A DNA stretch of 64,000 nucleotides from a virus. Shown in pieces: positions 20,787 through 30,401 of this stretch (the first letter of the stretch is position 1; each line of letters begins with the position of its first letter). The stretch spans positions 44,458 to 108,457 of the IMG/VR virus record IMGVR_UViG_3300042879_004946, one strand, 5' to 3'. The position numbers were made by a program, and so were the translations under genes. The notes below the pieces were generated by a model, which saw only the letters and a program-made list of their open reading frames with translations, had not been told where the DNA came from and did not search any database.

Positions 20787-21587
20787 ATGAATACCACAAA
20801 AACCACTGTTATTATACCAATCCATAAAATGGATGATAGTTTACAAAATTACTTTGAAAACGCAATTAAAAGTATTGAATCACAAAAAGTAAGGCCTGAA
20901 GAGGTTTTAATTGTAACCACAAAAGATGTGGAAATAAATAAAAGTGTTTTAGAAAACATTAAACACAGAATTGTCATTAACGAAGGTAAAACCGATTTTT
21001 GTTCCCAAGTTAATTTAGGGGTTGAAAATGTTAAAACTGAATATTTTAGTATTTTAGAAGTCGATGACGAATATTCTAAAATTTGGTTTAGTAATGTCAT
21101 TAAATACCTTGAACATTATCAGGAAGTTGATACCTTTTTACCAATTGTTTTGGATGTCAACACTGAAGGTCGTTTTTTACACTTTACAAATGAACCAGTT
21201 TGGGCAAAAGAATTTTCTGATAAATTAGGTTTTCTAGATAATGATTCTTTATTAAATTTTCCTAACTTCCAATTAAGTGGTGCGGTAATTAAAAAAGAGG
21301 CTTTTGAAGCAGTTGGTGGTTTAAAGCCTAGTATTAGACTACATTTTGTGTATGAGTTTTTCCTTAGAATGACTTATTATGATAAAAAAATCATGACAAT
21401 ACCAAAATTAGGTTACAAAAAAACTAACATGCGACCTGATTCACTTTTCTTTAACTACTACAATGAAGGTTCAGAAAAAATTGATGTTATTGAAGCCAGA
21501 TTTTGGTATAATACCGCTAGAAAAGAGTGTTATTTCCGTGCTGACAGAGGTATAAAATTCGATAGAGCGACTGCCACGATAGTTTAA
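20787..21587 (+). CDS. GT2 glycosyltransferase
   Basis: TVIIPIH, NLGV, ILEVDD, EFFLR. Confidence 0.75.
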   Translation: MNTTKTTVIIPIHKMDDSLQNYFENAIKSIESQKVRPEEVLIVTTKDVEINKSVLENIKHRIVINEGKTDFCSQVNLGVENVKTEYFSILEVDDEYSKIWFSNVIKYLEHYQEVDTFLPIVLDVNTEGRFLHFTNEPVWAKEFSDKLGFLDNDSLLNFPNFQLSGAVIKKEAFEAVGGLKPSIRLHFVYEFFLRMTYYDKKIMTIPKLGYKKTNMRPDSLFFNYYNEGSEKIDVIEARFWYNTARKECYFRADRGIKFDRATATIV

Positions 21588-21751
21588 ACAAGGTTTTTTA
21601 AAGCATTTCTAATAAATCTTAAAAATAGTAGCCAACATGATATTTGTAATAAAAATAATATCATGGATAAAATCAATAAATAACTGATAAAAAAAATATC
21701 AAAAGCATTGGTTCTATACCATAACAAGAAAAAAAATGATGATACGATTTA

Positions 21752-22531
21752 ATGGATGATAATCAACTAAAAAGGAGAGGTCGAAAGCCTAGTAAAGATC
21801 CTTATTTTGGTGTTGTAGAAGAATCGGCAGTTAAAGAATTTTTAACATTAGGATCCTTGATTCAGGATGAAAACTCCTCTGAAGGTTATATATGGACTGG
21901 CACGACAGCTGAAATATATCAAAGAGATAAAATTTACAGAGATCATTTAAAGGCACCTTTAGATAAAATGATTGAGAGTATTATTAGAAGATATAAATTA
22001 TACTCTAAAACAATGTCATTTGATGATCTACATTCAGACACTTTATCTTTTTTAATGGTAAAATTCCATAAATTTAAACCATCAAAAGGTAAAAAATCCT
22101 ATTCTTACTATGGTACCATTTGTAAACATTATTTATTAGGAAAACTAATGAAAGATGATAAAAAAATGAAAACTTTAATATCGTATGAAGATGTTTCTTC
22201 TGAAATTGAAGAAAATAAAGAGTTTTCATATGAAATGGAAGACGGTGAAATTAGTATTTGGATTTTAATAAATAAAATAACCGAATCCATTAAAGAAGAT
22301 ATAAAATCCAATATTTTAACAGAAAATGAAGTTAAAATAGGAAACGCTTTAGTTTCAATATTAGATAATTGGGAAAATATCTTTGAATCCCAAACTTCTA
22401 CCAACAAATACAACAAAAATTTGATTTTATATTACATACGTGAAATGACTTCTTTAGAAACTAAAGAAATTAGAAACGCAATGAAAAGATTTAAATCAAT
22501 ATATAAATTAGTTAGAAGTGGTGATTTATAA
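21752..22531 (+). CDS. Phage RNA polymerase sigma factor (gp55/late-sigma-like)
   Basis: Region-2-like DDLHSD..KFKPSKGKKSYSYYGTICKHYL; precedes structural genes. Confidence 0.65.
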   Translation: MDDNQLKRRGRKPSKDPYFGVVEESAVKEFLTLGSLIQDENSSEGYIWTGTTAEIYQRDKIYRDHLKAPLDKMIESIIRRYKLYSKTMSFDDLHSDTLSFLMVKFHKFKPSKGKKSYSYYGTICKHYLLGKLMKDDKKMKTLISYEDVSSEIEENKEFSYEMEDGEISIWILINKITESIKEDIKSNILTENEVKIGNALVSILDNWENIFESQTSTNKYNKNLILYYIREMTSLETKEIRNAMKRFKSIYKLVRSGDL

Positions 22532-22546
22532 AAATCACTGCTTTTG

Positions 22547-22555
22547 ATATTTATA
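22547..22555 (+). promoter_or_regulatory. ATATTTATA putative phage (late) promoter motif
   Basis: Recurs 4-30 bp upstream of many start codons on the coding strand (see finding). Confidence 0.6.
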
Positions 22556-22572
22556 TTATAAAAACAACGATT

Positions 22573-22974
22573 ATGGCAAGACCTAAAAAAAAAGAAATTC
22601 AATTAACAACTGATAGCTTTTTATCTTTAGCACAAGAAGCTTACAATGAATTGGTGGAACAAAGAAGTACTTGTATTAGAACAATCAATGAAAATAAAAA
22701 TAAAGTTGTTATTGAAGATGTTCACGATCTCGCGAACTTAAACAAAGCAAACTCTGATTTATTAAAAATAGTGGATTCTACTATTGATAAAAAAATAACA
22801 ATGGTAAAATTATTTAGTCAATTACTATATAAATCAGAATTATCAAAAGAAAACACATCTAATAACGCTATAACGCCAGAAGATATGGCTTTATTACGTG
22901 ATATCTTTAAAGAAGACGTTAAAACAGATGGTGGTTCAAATGGCGATGATAAAAAAGAGTATAATTTAAAATAA
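22573..22974 (+). CDS. Hypothetical protein
   Basis: ORF after the promoter motif; TAATG coupling to the next gene. Confidence 0.65.
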   Translation: MARPKKKEIQLTTDSFLSLAQEAYNELVEQRSTCIRTINENKNKVVIEDVHDLANLNKANSDLLKIVDSTIDKKITMVKLFSQLLYKSELSKENTSNNAITPEDMALLRDIFKEDVKTDGGSNGDDKKEYNLK

Positions 22975-24380
22975 TGGCTTTTATTGATGATAAACAAAAT
23001 ATTGTTACTGGTTTAAATATTTTAGAGATTTTAAACGAATTACCTAAAAAAAAAGCAATTTCTTCTTTAGAATCTGTAAACTCTAAAGATAAAAATTTAA
23101 TACAATTTATCATTGATTTATTATCACTTACTTGTCGTGACAGCAGTACCAACCCAAAAGATAGAGGTCGTTGTGAAGCTTCTAGAATTTTAACCGAAAT
23201 ATTAACACAATTTTTTCCTGCTTTAATTAGAATATTAAAAGAAGGTATTATAAAAGCTATTAAAGCCGGTTTAATGTGTGGATCAGATTTTACAGTACCA
23301 AACATTGAACTAAAAATAAAAATGTCTGAATTGGATTATAACGGTCTTTTAAAGTTAAACCCAAATAGTCCTAATGGTTCACTTTTTTATGGTAGAAACT
23401 CATCAACAGATATTAATTGGTTTTTATATAATTTAATACAAAATGGTGGTAGTTCTAATTGGGGAAATATATTTGATTTTACTTTTGACCAATCAAATGA
23501 AGAATTAAACATCAAAACCACAAGCAATGTCCAAAATCAAAAATTTGAAGAATTCTTAACCAAATATCTGGATTCTATTGAGTTATTTTCTTCTTCCAAT
23601 TTTTTAACACGTTTAACTGATAATTTAACAGGTTCATTAACATCTAATCTTTTTCCAAGTTTAGAAAACATAATTAACCAAGAAAAAACAAATAAAGTTA
23701 TTGAGAAGATAAACAACACGGATACATGTGAAGCCGAATACGAAGTTAGTGATAATTATTTTATTTTTAGTAATGATGAATTATTTGAAATAGAAAACAC
23801 ATCGACACAAAAATTTGCTGGTGCAACAAACTTAGATTTGGGTTGTGGGACTTTTTCTTCAACAATATCAGCAGATACCTTTAAAGTTATTTTTGATAAT
23901 ATTAAAAACGCAAACCCAAATCAAATATCACAAGTAATAGAAGAATCGATAACAACAATAAATTTAAATTTAACAAGTAATGTAGGTGATGCCGATAAAA
24001 ACGTCGCCTCTAATTCGTTAAATTTAAAAATGATTAAGTCGATACCTTTAGTTTTAAGTAATGTTATTTTTGAACCTAAAATAGTTTTACTTTACTTGAT
24101 GTCACTAAAAATGGTTAAAGGGCCTTTAAATAATGACACCCCAAATCTTAGTGTTAAAAATAGTTTTGATTTTAGTAGTGCGTCAAAAGTTTTTTTTGAA
24201 TTTGTGGTTAGAGAATCTTTAGCCGCCTTATTAGAAATACTATATAATCAATTAAAAAAAGAAATTTTAAATTTATTGATATTAACAACAACCTCAATTG
24301 TTAAAGAACAATTAAAATTAAAATATAAAATATTATCAGGTTCACTTTCAACCACAAATTCGCCGATACCCCAACCCTAA
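22974..24380 (+). CDS. Hypothetical, probable virion structural protein
   Basis: 468-aa ORF in an operon with the baseplate-like gene. Confidence 0.55.
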   Translation: MAFIDDKQNIVTGLNILEILNELPKKKAISSLESVNSKDKNLIQFIIDLLSLTCRDSSTNPKDRGRCEASRILTEILTQFFPALIRILKEGIIKAIKAGLMCGSDFTVPNIELKIKMSELDYNGLLKLNPNSPNGSLFYGRNSSTDINWFLYNLIQNGGSSNWGNIFDFTFDQSNEELNIKTTSNVQNQKFEEFLTKYLDSIELFSSSNFLTRLTDNLTGSLTSNLFPSLENIINQEKTNKVIEKINNTDTCEAEYEVSDNYFIFSNDELFEIENTSTQKFAGATNLDLGCGTFSSTISADTFKVIFDNIKNANPNQISQVIEESITTINLNLTSNVGDADKNVASNSLNLKMIKSIPLVLSNVIFEPKIVLLYLMSLKMVKGPLNNDTPNLSVKNSFDFSSASKVFFEFVVRESLAALLEILYNQLKKEILNLLILTTTSIVKEQLKLKYKILSGSLSTTNSPIPQP

Positions 24381-24391
24381 CAACATAAATT

Positions 24392-24859
24392 ATGGCCAAA
24401 TGTAAAGATACTAGCGTAGGTTCTAACAATAATTGTGTTCCTAACTTTAAAAACCCAAATTCAATATTAAACAGTATTTTATGTTTATTTAATTCAACAC
24501 CAAAAGTGGGATTAACAGCAATGCCTTCTGTTTTGAATTTAAATTCTAGGTTAACAAGATGTGCTGGTGGTGGTTTAAATGCTTCAAAAGTCGCGTCAAG
24601 AATTATTCAAAGACAATCAGAGGCGGGAATACCCATTGGGCCTTTAGCCGATGGGTCGCCAAGCCCTGACGAAATAATGGAAAAAATTAGAATTGAGGAG
24701 ATTATTAACGCGATAACAACCGAAATGGTTTTAGACGTTGCAATACAACCAGGTTCTAATGTTGTTTCTACAGTTACATCTCCTGTTGGTCCTTTACCAG
24801 CAAACGGTGTTGTAACCACAATAGCTAAAGGCCAAGCAATAGTAAATCCTTGTGTTTAA
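24392..24859 (+). CDS. Hypothetical, probable baseplate/tail protein
   Basis: Operon context; Gly/Pro/Thr-rich C-terminus. Confidence 0.5.
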   Translation: MAKCKDTSVGSNNNCVPNFKNPNSILNSILCLFNSTPKVGLTAMPSVLNLNSRLTRCAGGGLNASKVASRIIQRQSEAGIPIGPLADGSPSPDEIMEKIRIEEIINAITTEMVLDVAIQPGSNVVSTVTSPVGPLPANGVVTTIAKGQAIVNPCV

Positions 24860-24860
24860 T

Positions 24861-25043
24861 ATGGAAAATATAAAAAATAAATCAAATACAGAATTGGCTA
24901 AAATACAAAAAGATTTGGCCGATGAATACGAAAAAGTTAGACAAGATTTGTTAAAAACCTATAACTATTGGTTATCTATTGAGAAAAAATACAATGAAAT
25001 TATTGTTGAATTAAATAACAGATTTGGTGTTAATAATAAATAA
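24861..25043 (+). CDS. Small coiled-coil hypothetical protein
   Basis: ATG at 24861 directly after the previous stop. Confidence 0.55.
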   Translation: MENIKNKSNTELAKIQKDLADEYEKVRQDLLKTYNYWLSIEKKYNEIIVELNNRFGVNNK

Positions 25044-25045
25044 AA

Positions 25046-26125
25046 ATGGAAAATGTTAAACTTTTTAATAACAACAATGCGTTTGGTGATATAACTAATA
25101 TTATTTGGGCTTACGCAAAAGTTGTCGATATTAACGACCCTTATGACGCGGGTAGGATTAAAGTTCGTATGCCAATAGAAGATAGGGATACTAGCATAGG
25201 GCTGGAAGATTTATCACTAGATGACGGTGGTTTGCCCTGGTGTGAACCTTTGTTACCAAAATACTTAAATATAGTGCCAGAAGTTGGTCAATTAGTTAAA
25301 GTAACGACTTTTAATATAAAAAATAAAAAAATAAGAAGACAATATATAGGCCCCGGTATTTCTCAAATAGCCGCATCAGATTTATTGAATCCTGAATATG
25401 ATACTCAAAAAACCAAAATAGAATTTAGTAGTTACACGGGTAAGTGGTCAGCAAAAGGTGATGCGATTGACGGTGATTGGAAGATATATCCAGATAAAAG
25501 TGATGTTGCTTTTTTAGGAAAAAGAAATACAGATATTATTTTACGTAATAAAAATTTTTTCGATGAAATACAATTACGTGTTGGTAAAATTGACTCGGTT
25601 ACATTAAATTCAGCGTCAAACAGTTCTTTTAGGGATTCCCCTCTTATTTTAAATAAAAAAAATCCTGGTTATATTACAATAAATTTTACAGAAGCTTCTG
25701 GATTACAACAAAAAGGTATTAGTAATAACTATAAAAATTTAAATCTTCAAAAAGACAGATCACATGTTAATATTGTTGCCGACCATATTAATTTTATAAG
25801 CCATTTAACAGGTGATCAACCAAAAATTTTACAAGGTCAAAATATTGTACAACAAATAGACGTAGAAAATTCAAAATTACACCCAGTAATTTATGGGGAT
25901 GTTTTGTGGGAGTTTATGCAATTATTAAGATCTTACATTGAGGGCCATGTGCACAAAGGTGCTGGAAAAACAATACCAGACGAAAATTCAGTTAAACAAA
26001 ATTTAATTAAATGGTTTAACGATAATATGGGTACCCCTTCTAAAAAAACAACCTCAAACGGCAAGGATACTTATATTGAAATTGATAATTGTACATTTTT
26101 AAGTAAAGGCGTAAAAACTAATTAA
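25046..26125 (+). CDS. Baseplate hub/central spike protein (gp5/gpV-like OB fold)
   Basis: KVVDINDPYDAGRIKVRM..LPWCEPL..VPEVGQLV; HVH motif near the C-terminus. Confidence 0.75.
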   Translation: MENVKLFNNNNAFGDITNIIWAYAKVVDINDPYDAGRIKVRMPIEDRDTSIGLEDLSLDDGGLPWCEPLLPKYLNIVPEVGQLVKVTTFNIKNKKIRRQYIGPGISQIAASDLLNPEYDTQKTKIEFSSYTGKWSAKGDAIDGDWKIYPDKSDVAFLGKRNTDIILRNKNFFDEIQLRVGKIDSVTLNSASNSSFRDSPLILNKKNPGYITINFTEASGLQQKGISNNYKNLNLQKDRSHVNIVADHINFISHLTGDQPKILQGQNIVQQIDVENSKLHPVIYGDVLWEFMQLLRSYIEGHVHKGAGKTIPDENSVKQNLIKWFNDNMGTPSKKTTSNGKDTYIEIDNCTFLSKGVKTN

Positions 26126-26133
26126 ATCTTGGC

Positions 26134-26142
26134 ATATTTATA
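26134..26142 (+). promoter_or_regulatory. ATATTTATA putative late promoter
   Basis: 13 bp upstream of ATG 26156. Confidence 0.55.
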
Positions 26143-26155
26143 GTAAAAAGATTTA

Positions 26156-27694
26156 ATGGGTATTTTACATACATATTTTACGAAAAATAATACAATAGTT
26201 AGGAATTCTTACGTTAACACGGGTAAAAATCCTGTTGTCGAGTTATTCCATGGTGGTTCATTAAATGCCGACCAAGTAACTTATTCTAGATATATATTTA
26301 GTTTTGATTTTACGGAAATACTCCAAAGGTTGAATGCTAAACAAACAACTTTGGATAAAATGTCACACACTTTAAAAATCACAAACACTTCAACATTTGA
26401 TGAAGAACAATTTTGTAAAAGTGTTAATTCTTGTATTGGGGATGTTAAAAGATCAACTTGTTTTGATTTAATTCTTTTTGAAATTCCTGAAGCTTGGGCA
26501 GAAGGTGATGGTTACGATTATACCGATGTTAAAATAAGTTGTTCTGATAGTGATAGAACTTATTGTGAGGGACCATCAAACTGGTTTCAAAGAAATAATC
26601 TAATAAATTGTTGGTCAATCCCTGGTATTTATAGTGACCCAACAAATTGGTGTTCTGGGAGCACTTCTGGAGCAACTTCAGGTGGTACTACATGTTCAGG
26701 TGGTACTAATTTAATTATTGCAACACAACATTTCGATTATGGTGACGAAAATGTTAATATCGATATCACTTCTTATATTAACAATTTAATTTTAAGTGGT
26801 TATACCGGTTTAACTTATGGTTTAGGATTGGCATACGCAAATGCTTTAGAAATTGCACCATTGGAAAACGCAGAATATGTTGGTTTTTTTAGTCGTCACA
26901 CAAATACTGTTTATGAACCTTTTTTAGAAACTAAATGGGATGACACCATAAAAGACGATAGAGACAACTTTTATTTAAATAAAGATAACAACATATGTCT
27001 TTATGTTAATGCGGGTGGACAAGCAACTAATGCAACTTTTTCAGGGGTAACCATTTACGATCAATTAGGTAATGTTTTTAAAGAAATACCACCTTCTGGA
27101 ATTACACAAGTAACCACGGGCGTTTATTGTGTTAATTTTGCGGTCGACGATAATCCGGCATCAGGTTATTGTGGCAATATCCAATTCACTGATGTGTGGC
27201 AAGACGTTACTATTGGTAACAAAAATTTAGGTGATGTTGAACTTAGTTTTATTGTTTTAGAGGCTGATGACTACTATCGTATAGGTTCTAGTAATAGTGC
27301 TGGTGCAAACGGTTTAGGTGTCGGTAAGGCTACCAATTTGTCTATTTATGAATATGATGTTAATATTCGTGGTATTAAATATAAAGAAAAAATTAAAAGA
27401 GGTGATACCAGAAGAATTAATGTTGATGTCAGAATTCCATACACATACGATTCTACTGTTACACTAGATAAGGTTTATTATCGTATGTATACTTTAGATA
27501 ATGGAACTACACAAATAGAATATATTGATTGGCAAGAAATAAGTAGAACACCAGATGGTAACTTTTTTATTGTTGACACTTCTTGGTTTATACCTAATGA
27601 TTATTTTATTGAGATTAAAATAGAATCAGGTAACGAGGTTAGGACTTTTCCACAAACAATCTCGTTTACAATTGTATCAGAAAAAAACGTATGA
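26156..27694 (+). CDS. Probable virion structural protein
   Basis: Beta-rich composition, SGST/SGGT-type repeats, promoter motif and context. Confidence 0.55.
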   Translation: MGILHTYFTKNNTIVRNSYVNTGKNPVVELFHGGSLNADQVTYSRYIFSFDFTEILQRLNAKQTTLDKMSHTLKITNTSTFDEEQFCKSVNSCIGDVKRSTCFDLILFEIPEAWAEGDGYDYTDVKISCSDSDRTYCEGPSNWFQRNNLINCWSIPGIYSDPTNWCSGSTSGATSGGTTCSGGTNLIIATQHFDYGDENVNIDITSYINNLILSGYTGLTYGLGLAYANALEIAPLENAEYVGFFSRHTNTVYEPFLETKWDDTIKDDRDNFYLNKDNNICLYVNAGGQATNATFSGVTIYDQLGNVFKEIPPSGITQVTTGVYCVNFAVDDNPASGYCGNIQFTDVWQDVTIGNKNLGDVELSFIVLEADDYYRIGSSNSAGANGLGVGKATNLSIYEYDVNIRGIKYKEKIKRGDTRRINVDVRIPYTYDSTVTLDKVYYRMYTLDNGTTQIEYIDWQEISRTPDGNFFIVDTSWFIPNDYFIEIKIESGNEVRTFPQTISFTIVSEKNV

Positions 27695-28068
27695 AAAACC
27701 TTATAAGAAAAATATTAAAAGAAGAATTTGATGATTTTGGTTGGGCTGAAGAATTGATTGGTAATACTAAACAATTTTCCCCCGCTGAAGAGTTCTTATA
27801 TGAAATCATGTCCAATTTAAAGGCAGTTACTTCGGAAAAAAATCCAGGTTGGATGGAGTATAAGGATGAAAGTGGGGTTATTTTAATGGCGGATAATGTG
27901 GATAGAAATGAAAAAACCCCCCATTTATGGGTTGATTATGATAAAATTTGGAGAAAATTAAATCAAAAATTTGGTCTTAACAATCAGGAAGCCAAAGACT
28001 TATGCGTGCGTATGCTGGAGATGGTTCATAAACGAAAGGTGTTGACAGCTGATGTCGGGCAGTGGTGA
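27691..28068 (+). CDS. Array-fused small protein A (paralog of 36694..37080)
   Basis: MKNLIRKILKEE leader; C-terminal LEMVHKRKVLTA is encoded by repeat 1, and the stop codon lies in the spacer. Confidence 0.85.
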   Translation: MKNLIRKILKEEFDDFGWAEELIGNTKQFSPAEEFLYEIMSNLKAVTSEKNPGWMEYKDESGVILMADNVDRNEKTPHLWVDYDKIWRKLNQKFGLNNQEAKDLCVRMLEMVHKRKVLTADVGQW

Positions 28069-28115
28069 CGCTTTTTTAGGCTGGAGATGGTTCATAAACG
28101 AAAGGTGTTGACAGA
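28014..28115 (+). CRISPR. CRISPR-like mini-array: 2 repeats of 36 nt, 1 spacer of 30 nt
   Basis: GCTGGAGATGGTTCATAAACGAAAGGTGTTGACAG(C/A) at 28014-28049 and 28080-28115; spacer 28050-28079 TGATGTCGGGCAGTGGTGACGCTTTTTTAG. Confidence 0.7.
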
Positions 28116-28138
28116 TCCAATTATTTAGAGTATAAATA

Positions 28139-28166
28139 AAAAAACCCAGATTAATCTGGGTTTTTT
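28139..28166. terminator. Bidirectional intrinsic terminator
   Basis: Palindrome AAAACCCAGATTAATCTGGGTTTT between convergent genes, just after the mini-array. Confidence 0.8.
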
Positions 28167-28185
28167 CTTTTAATATTAAAAATTT

Positions 28186-28605
28186 TTAAGCGTAATATTT
28201 TCCTTTTGACATCGCATCTTCACGCTTTTTCATGTAATCCATTTTCTTTTTCTTCATGTAATCCATTTGTTGCATTTTGTTTCTTTGTTGAACAAACTTA
28301 GCAATTTTTTCTTTGGAATCCAACAACTTATTTTGAAGTGCTAAAAACTGCCTTCTCATACCATCAATATCTTTGGCAAAACCATCATTACCTGTAACTT
28401 GTTGACATAAATCACCGAATTTCTGACCAGCCCCACTAACCATTTGAATGATATCTTCTACGGAAGATAATTCACCATTATTTGTTTGTAACAACTCAAT
28501 ACTTTTTTCTTCTTTTGGTTTTGGCATCGATTGTTCTTCCTCACGAATAATTTTTTTAACCAACTTTTCAATATCGTTTTCATTTAATTTAATTATATTT
28601 TTCAT
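28186..28605 (-). CDS. Hypothetical protein with IKLNE..KKIIREE leader
   Basis: Start moved to ATG 28605, which follows an ATATTTATA motif (28620-28628) and avoids overlap with the 28694 gene. Confidence 0.7.
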   Translation of the reverse strand: MKNIIKLNENDIEKLVKKIIREEEQSMPKPKEEKSIELLQTNNGELSSVEDIIQMVSGAGQKFGDLCQQVTGNDGFAKDIDGMRRQFLALQNKLLDSKEKIAKFVQQRNKMQQMDYMKKKKMDYMKKREDAMSKGKYYA

Positions 28606-28693
28606 ATTAATGTTTTTTATATAAATATCAACAAAAGAAATAAAATTGACAATTTCAGATAAAATTTGTAATTTTGTTTTATAAGTAAAAAAA

Positions 28694-29434
28694 ATGGCAA
28701 AAAAGAAAGATATCAAAATTCAAAACCCCAAATTTACAATTGATTTAATTGAAATTTTGGCCGAAAATGACCCAACAGATAGCAACAAATACTTACCTTT
28801 TATGGTTAAACAGGCAGAAAGTTGGGTTGATTGGTTGATAAATGAACTTAAAAATAACACTTTTAAAGACATGTTTGAAACTATAAGAGATTTTGAAGAT
28901 ATGTCTGCCAAAAATTTAATCAGCAACAAAGACATCTATTCTTATAACAACAACCAAGAAATTGTTGATTCTATAAAAATGGCAAAAGAAAAAATCACCA
29001 AAAGTCAAGTAAAAAAGAATGAAACCATAATACTACATGAAGATGACCGTTATTTGGTTTTACAACCATTAACCAGCAGAAGCTCTAACTTATATGGAAA
29101 AGCAACTAAATGGTGTGTTTCATCAGAACAAAATGATTTTAAAAAATATTTTAACCAATATATAGATTCAGGTTCTCTTGTTTTTTTTATCGATAAATCA
29201 GTTAAAGAAGAAGAGACAAGAAATGAAACACTTTCAAAAATTGCATTCCACAGAGATAACGTAAAAGGTTTAACCGTTTGGGACACCAAAGATGTTCAAT
29301 TAAATGCTGAAACCATACTTGGCTTATCGGAAATAATTCCAACAGACATATTAAGTATTATTATGAAAGCAACTAAAGATAAAACTAATAGAGAGTTGGC
29401 CGAAGAAAAAGGCATCAAAAAAGAAACTTTTTAA
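28694..29434 (+). CDS. Hypothetical protein with a PcfJ-like (G..TKWC) domain
   Basis: DP..NKYL, KDIYSY and LYGKATKWCVS are shared with 48606..51401; TTGACA upstream. Confidence 0.6.
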   Translation: MAKKKDIKIQNPKFTIDLIEILAENDPTDSNKYLPFMVKQAESWVDWLINELKNNTFKDMFETIRDFEDMSAKNLISNKDIYSYNNNQEIVDSIKMAKEKITKSQVKKNETIILHEDDRYLVLQPLTSRSSNLYGKATKWCVSSEQNDFKKYFNQYIDSGSLVFFIDKSVKEEETRNETLSKIAFHRDNVKGLTVWDTKDVQLNAETILGLSEIIPTDILSIIMKATKDKTNRELAEEKGIKKETF

Positions 29435-29445
29435 CAAAAATTAAA

Positions 29446-29709
29446 ATGGAGTTTAAAACACTAAAAGAACAATATATTGATTTGGTAACTGAAAAAGTAT
29501 CCATTAATAAAGAAGATCTTACAGAAACCGAATCCGCCATAATCGATATTGGTTACAATTTGTTGGTTGAAAAATTGGAAGATATAAAAATTCTAAAAGA
29601 TGAACTTCGTAGAATTTCCATTGATTTGGCTAACATGAAAGTTTTTAATGCAGATGTTAAAAATAAATATTGTGATGATTCCGATATCTTAGATGAAGAT
29701 TGTTTTTAA
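29446..29709 (+). CDS. Hypothetical protein
   Basis: ORF with an A-rich leader. Confidence 0.55.
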   Translation: MEFKTLKEQYIDLVTEKVSINKEDLTETESAIIDIGYNLLVEKLEDIKILKDELRRISIDLANMKVFNADVKNKYCDDSDILDEDCF

Positions 29710-30386
29710 ACAATTTGACTTAAAAACTTCCTAATGGAACGACGAATGACACCTTTCTCAATATTAGGAAAATTCTCTTGTAATTCAATAAATAATTTAT
29801 TTGTTAAATAACTTTTATTACCTTCGATGAAATAAGGTTTTTCATCTACAACAATATAGGGTTTATTATCATAGATATCTGGGATTGTTAATCTATTGAT
29901 TTCATAATTATCCTCCAAATAAGAAATAATTGGATCTTCGACCCTAAAAGGATCTCTTCTGGTAAGTTCAAAAGCCCAATCATATTCTTCAGATTCTTTT
30001 AAAAATGTTGTTTTAAAAAAAGGTTCTAAAACTTTTATAAGATGTAAATATTCGTCAGAAATTTGCATATTTGTTGCTGTTCTCGCAACGTGCTCAAGTT
30101 CACTTTTAATATTTTTAATATTGAAATCTCTTGCAAACCAAGTTTCATATGTTCCAAGATTATCACGAATATGATACATATCTTGTTCAGGGAAGTCTTC
30201 ATCTCTATCAACATCAACAATAAATTTGGATCCTATAAGTGGTTTTTTATCTTTTAAAAATTTATTTAACTCTGAATAAAGTAATTCTGCCTCACTTTTT
30301 GGGTTATCTTGGTAATATTTTATTATATGATAAACCCAATCATATTCTTCAGATTCTTTTAATATTTTACGGATTAAATTTTTCAT
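29706..30386 (-). CDS. Hypothetical protein with MKNLIRKILKE leader and duplicated LKESEEYDW
   Basis: Leader shared with the 27691 and 37080 genes; promoter motif at 30391-30399. Confidence 0.75.
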   Translation of the reverse strand: MKNLIRKILKESEEYDWVYHIIKYYQDNPKSEAELLYSELNKFLKDKKPLIGSKFIVDVDRDEDFPEQDMYHIRDNLGTYETWFARDFNIKNIKSELEHVARTATNMQISDEYLHLIKVLEPFFKTTFLKESEEYDWAFELTRRDPFRVEDPIISYLEDNYEINRLTIPDIYDNKPYIVVDEKPYFIEGNKSYLTNKLFIELQENFPNIEKGVIRRSIRKFLSQIV

Positions 30387-30401
30387 ATAATATAAATATC
30401 C

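Noticed and set aside
28606-28716. N-terminal extension of the 28186 ORF
   Set aside because: It overlaps the divergent gene and promoter region; ATG 28605 has the promoter motif and leader.
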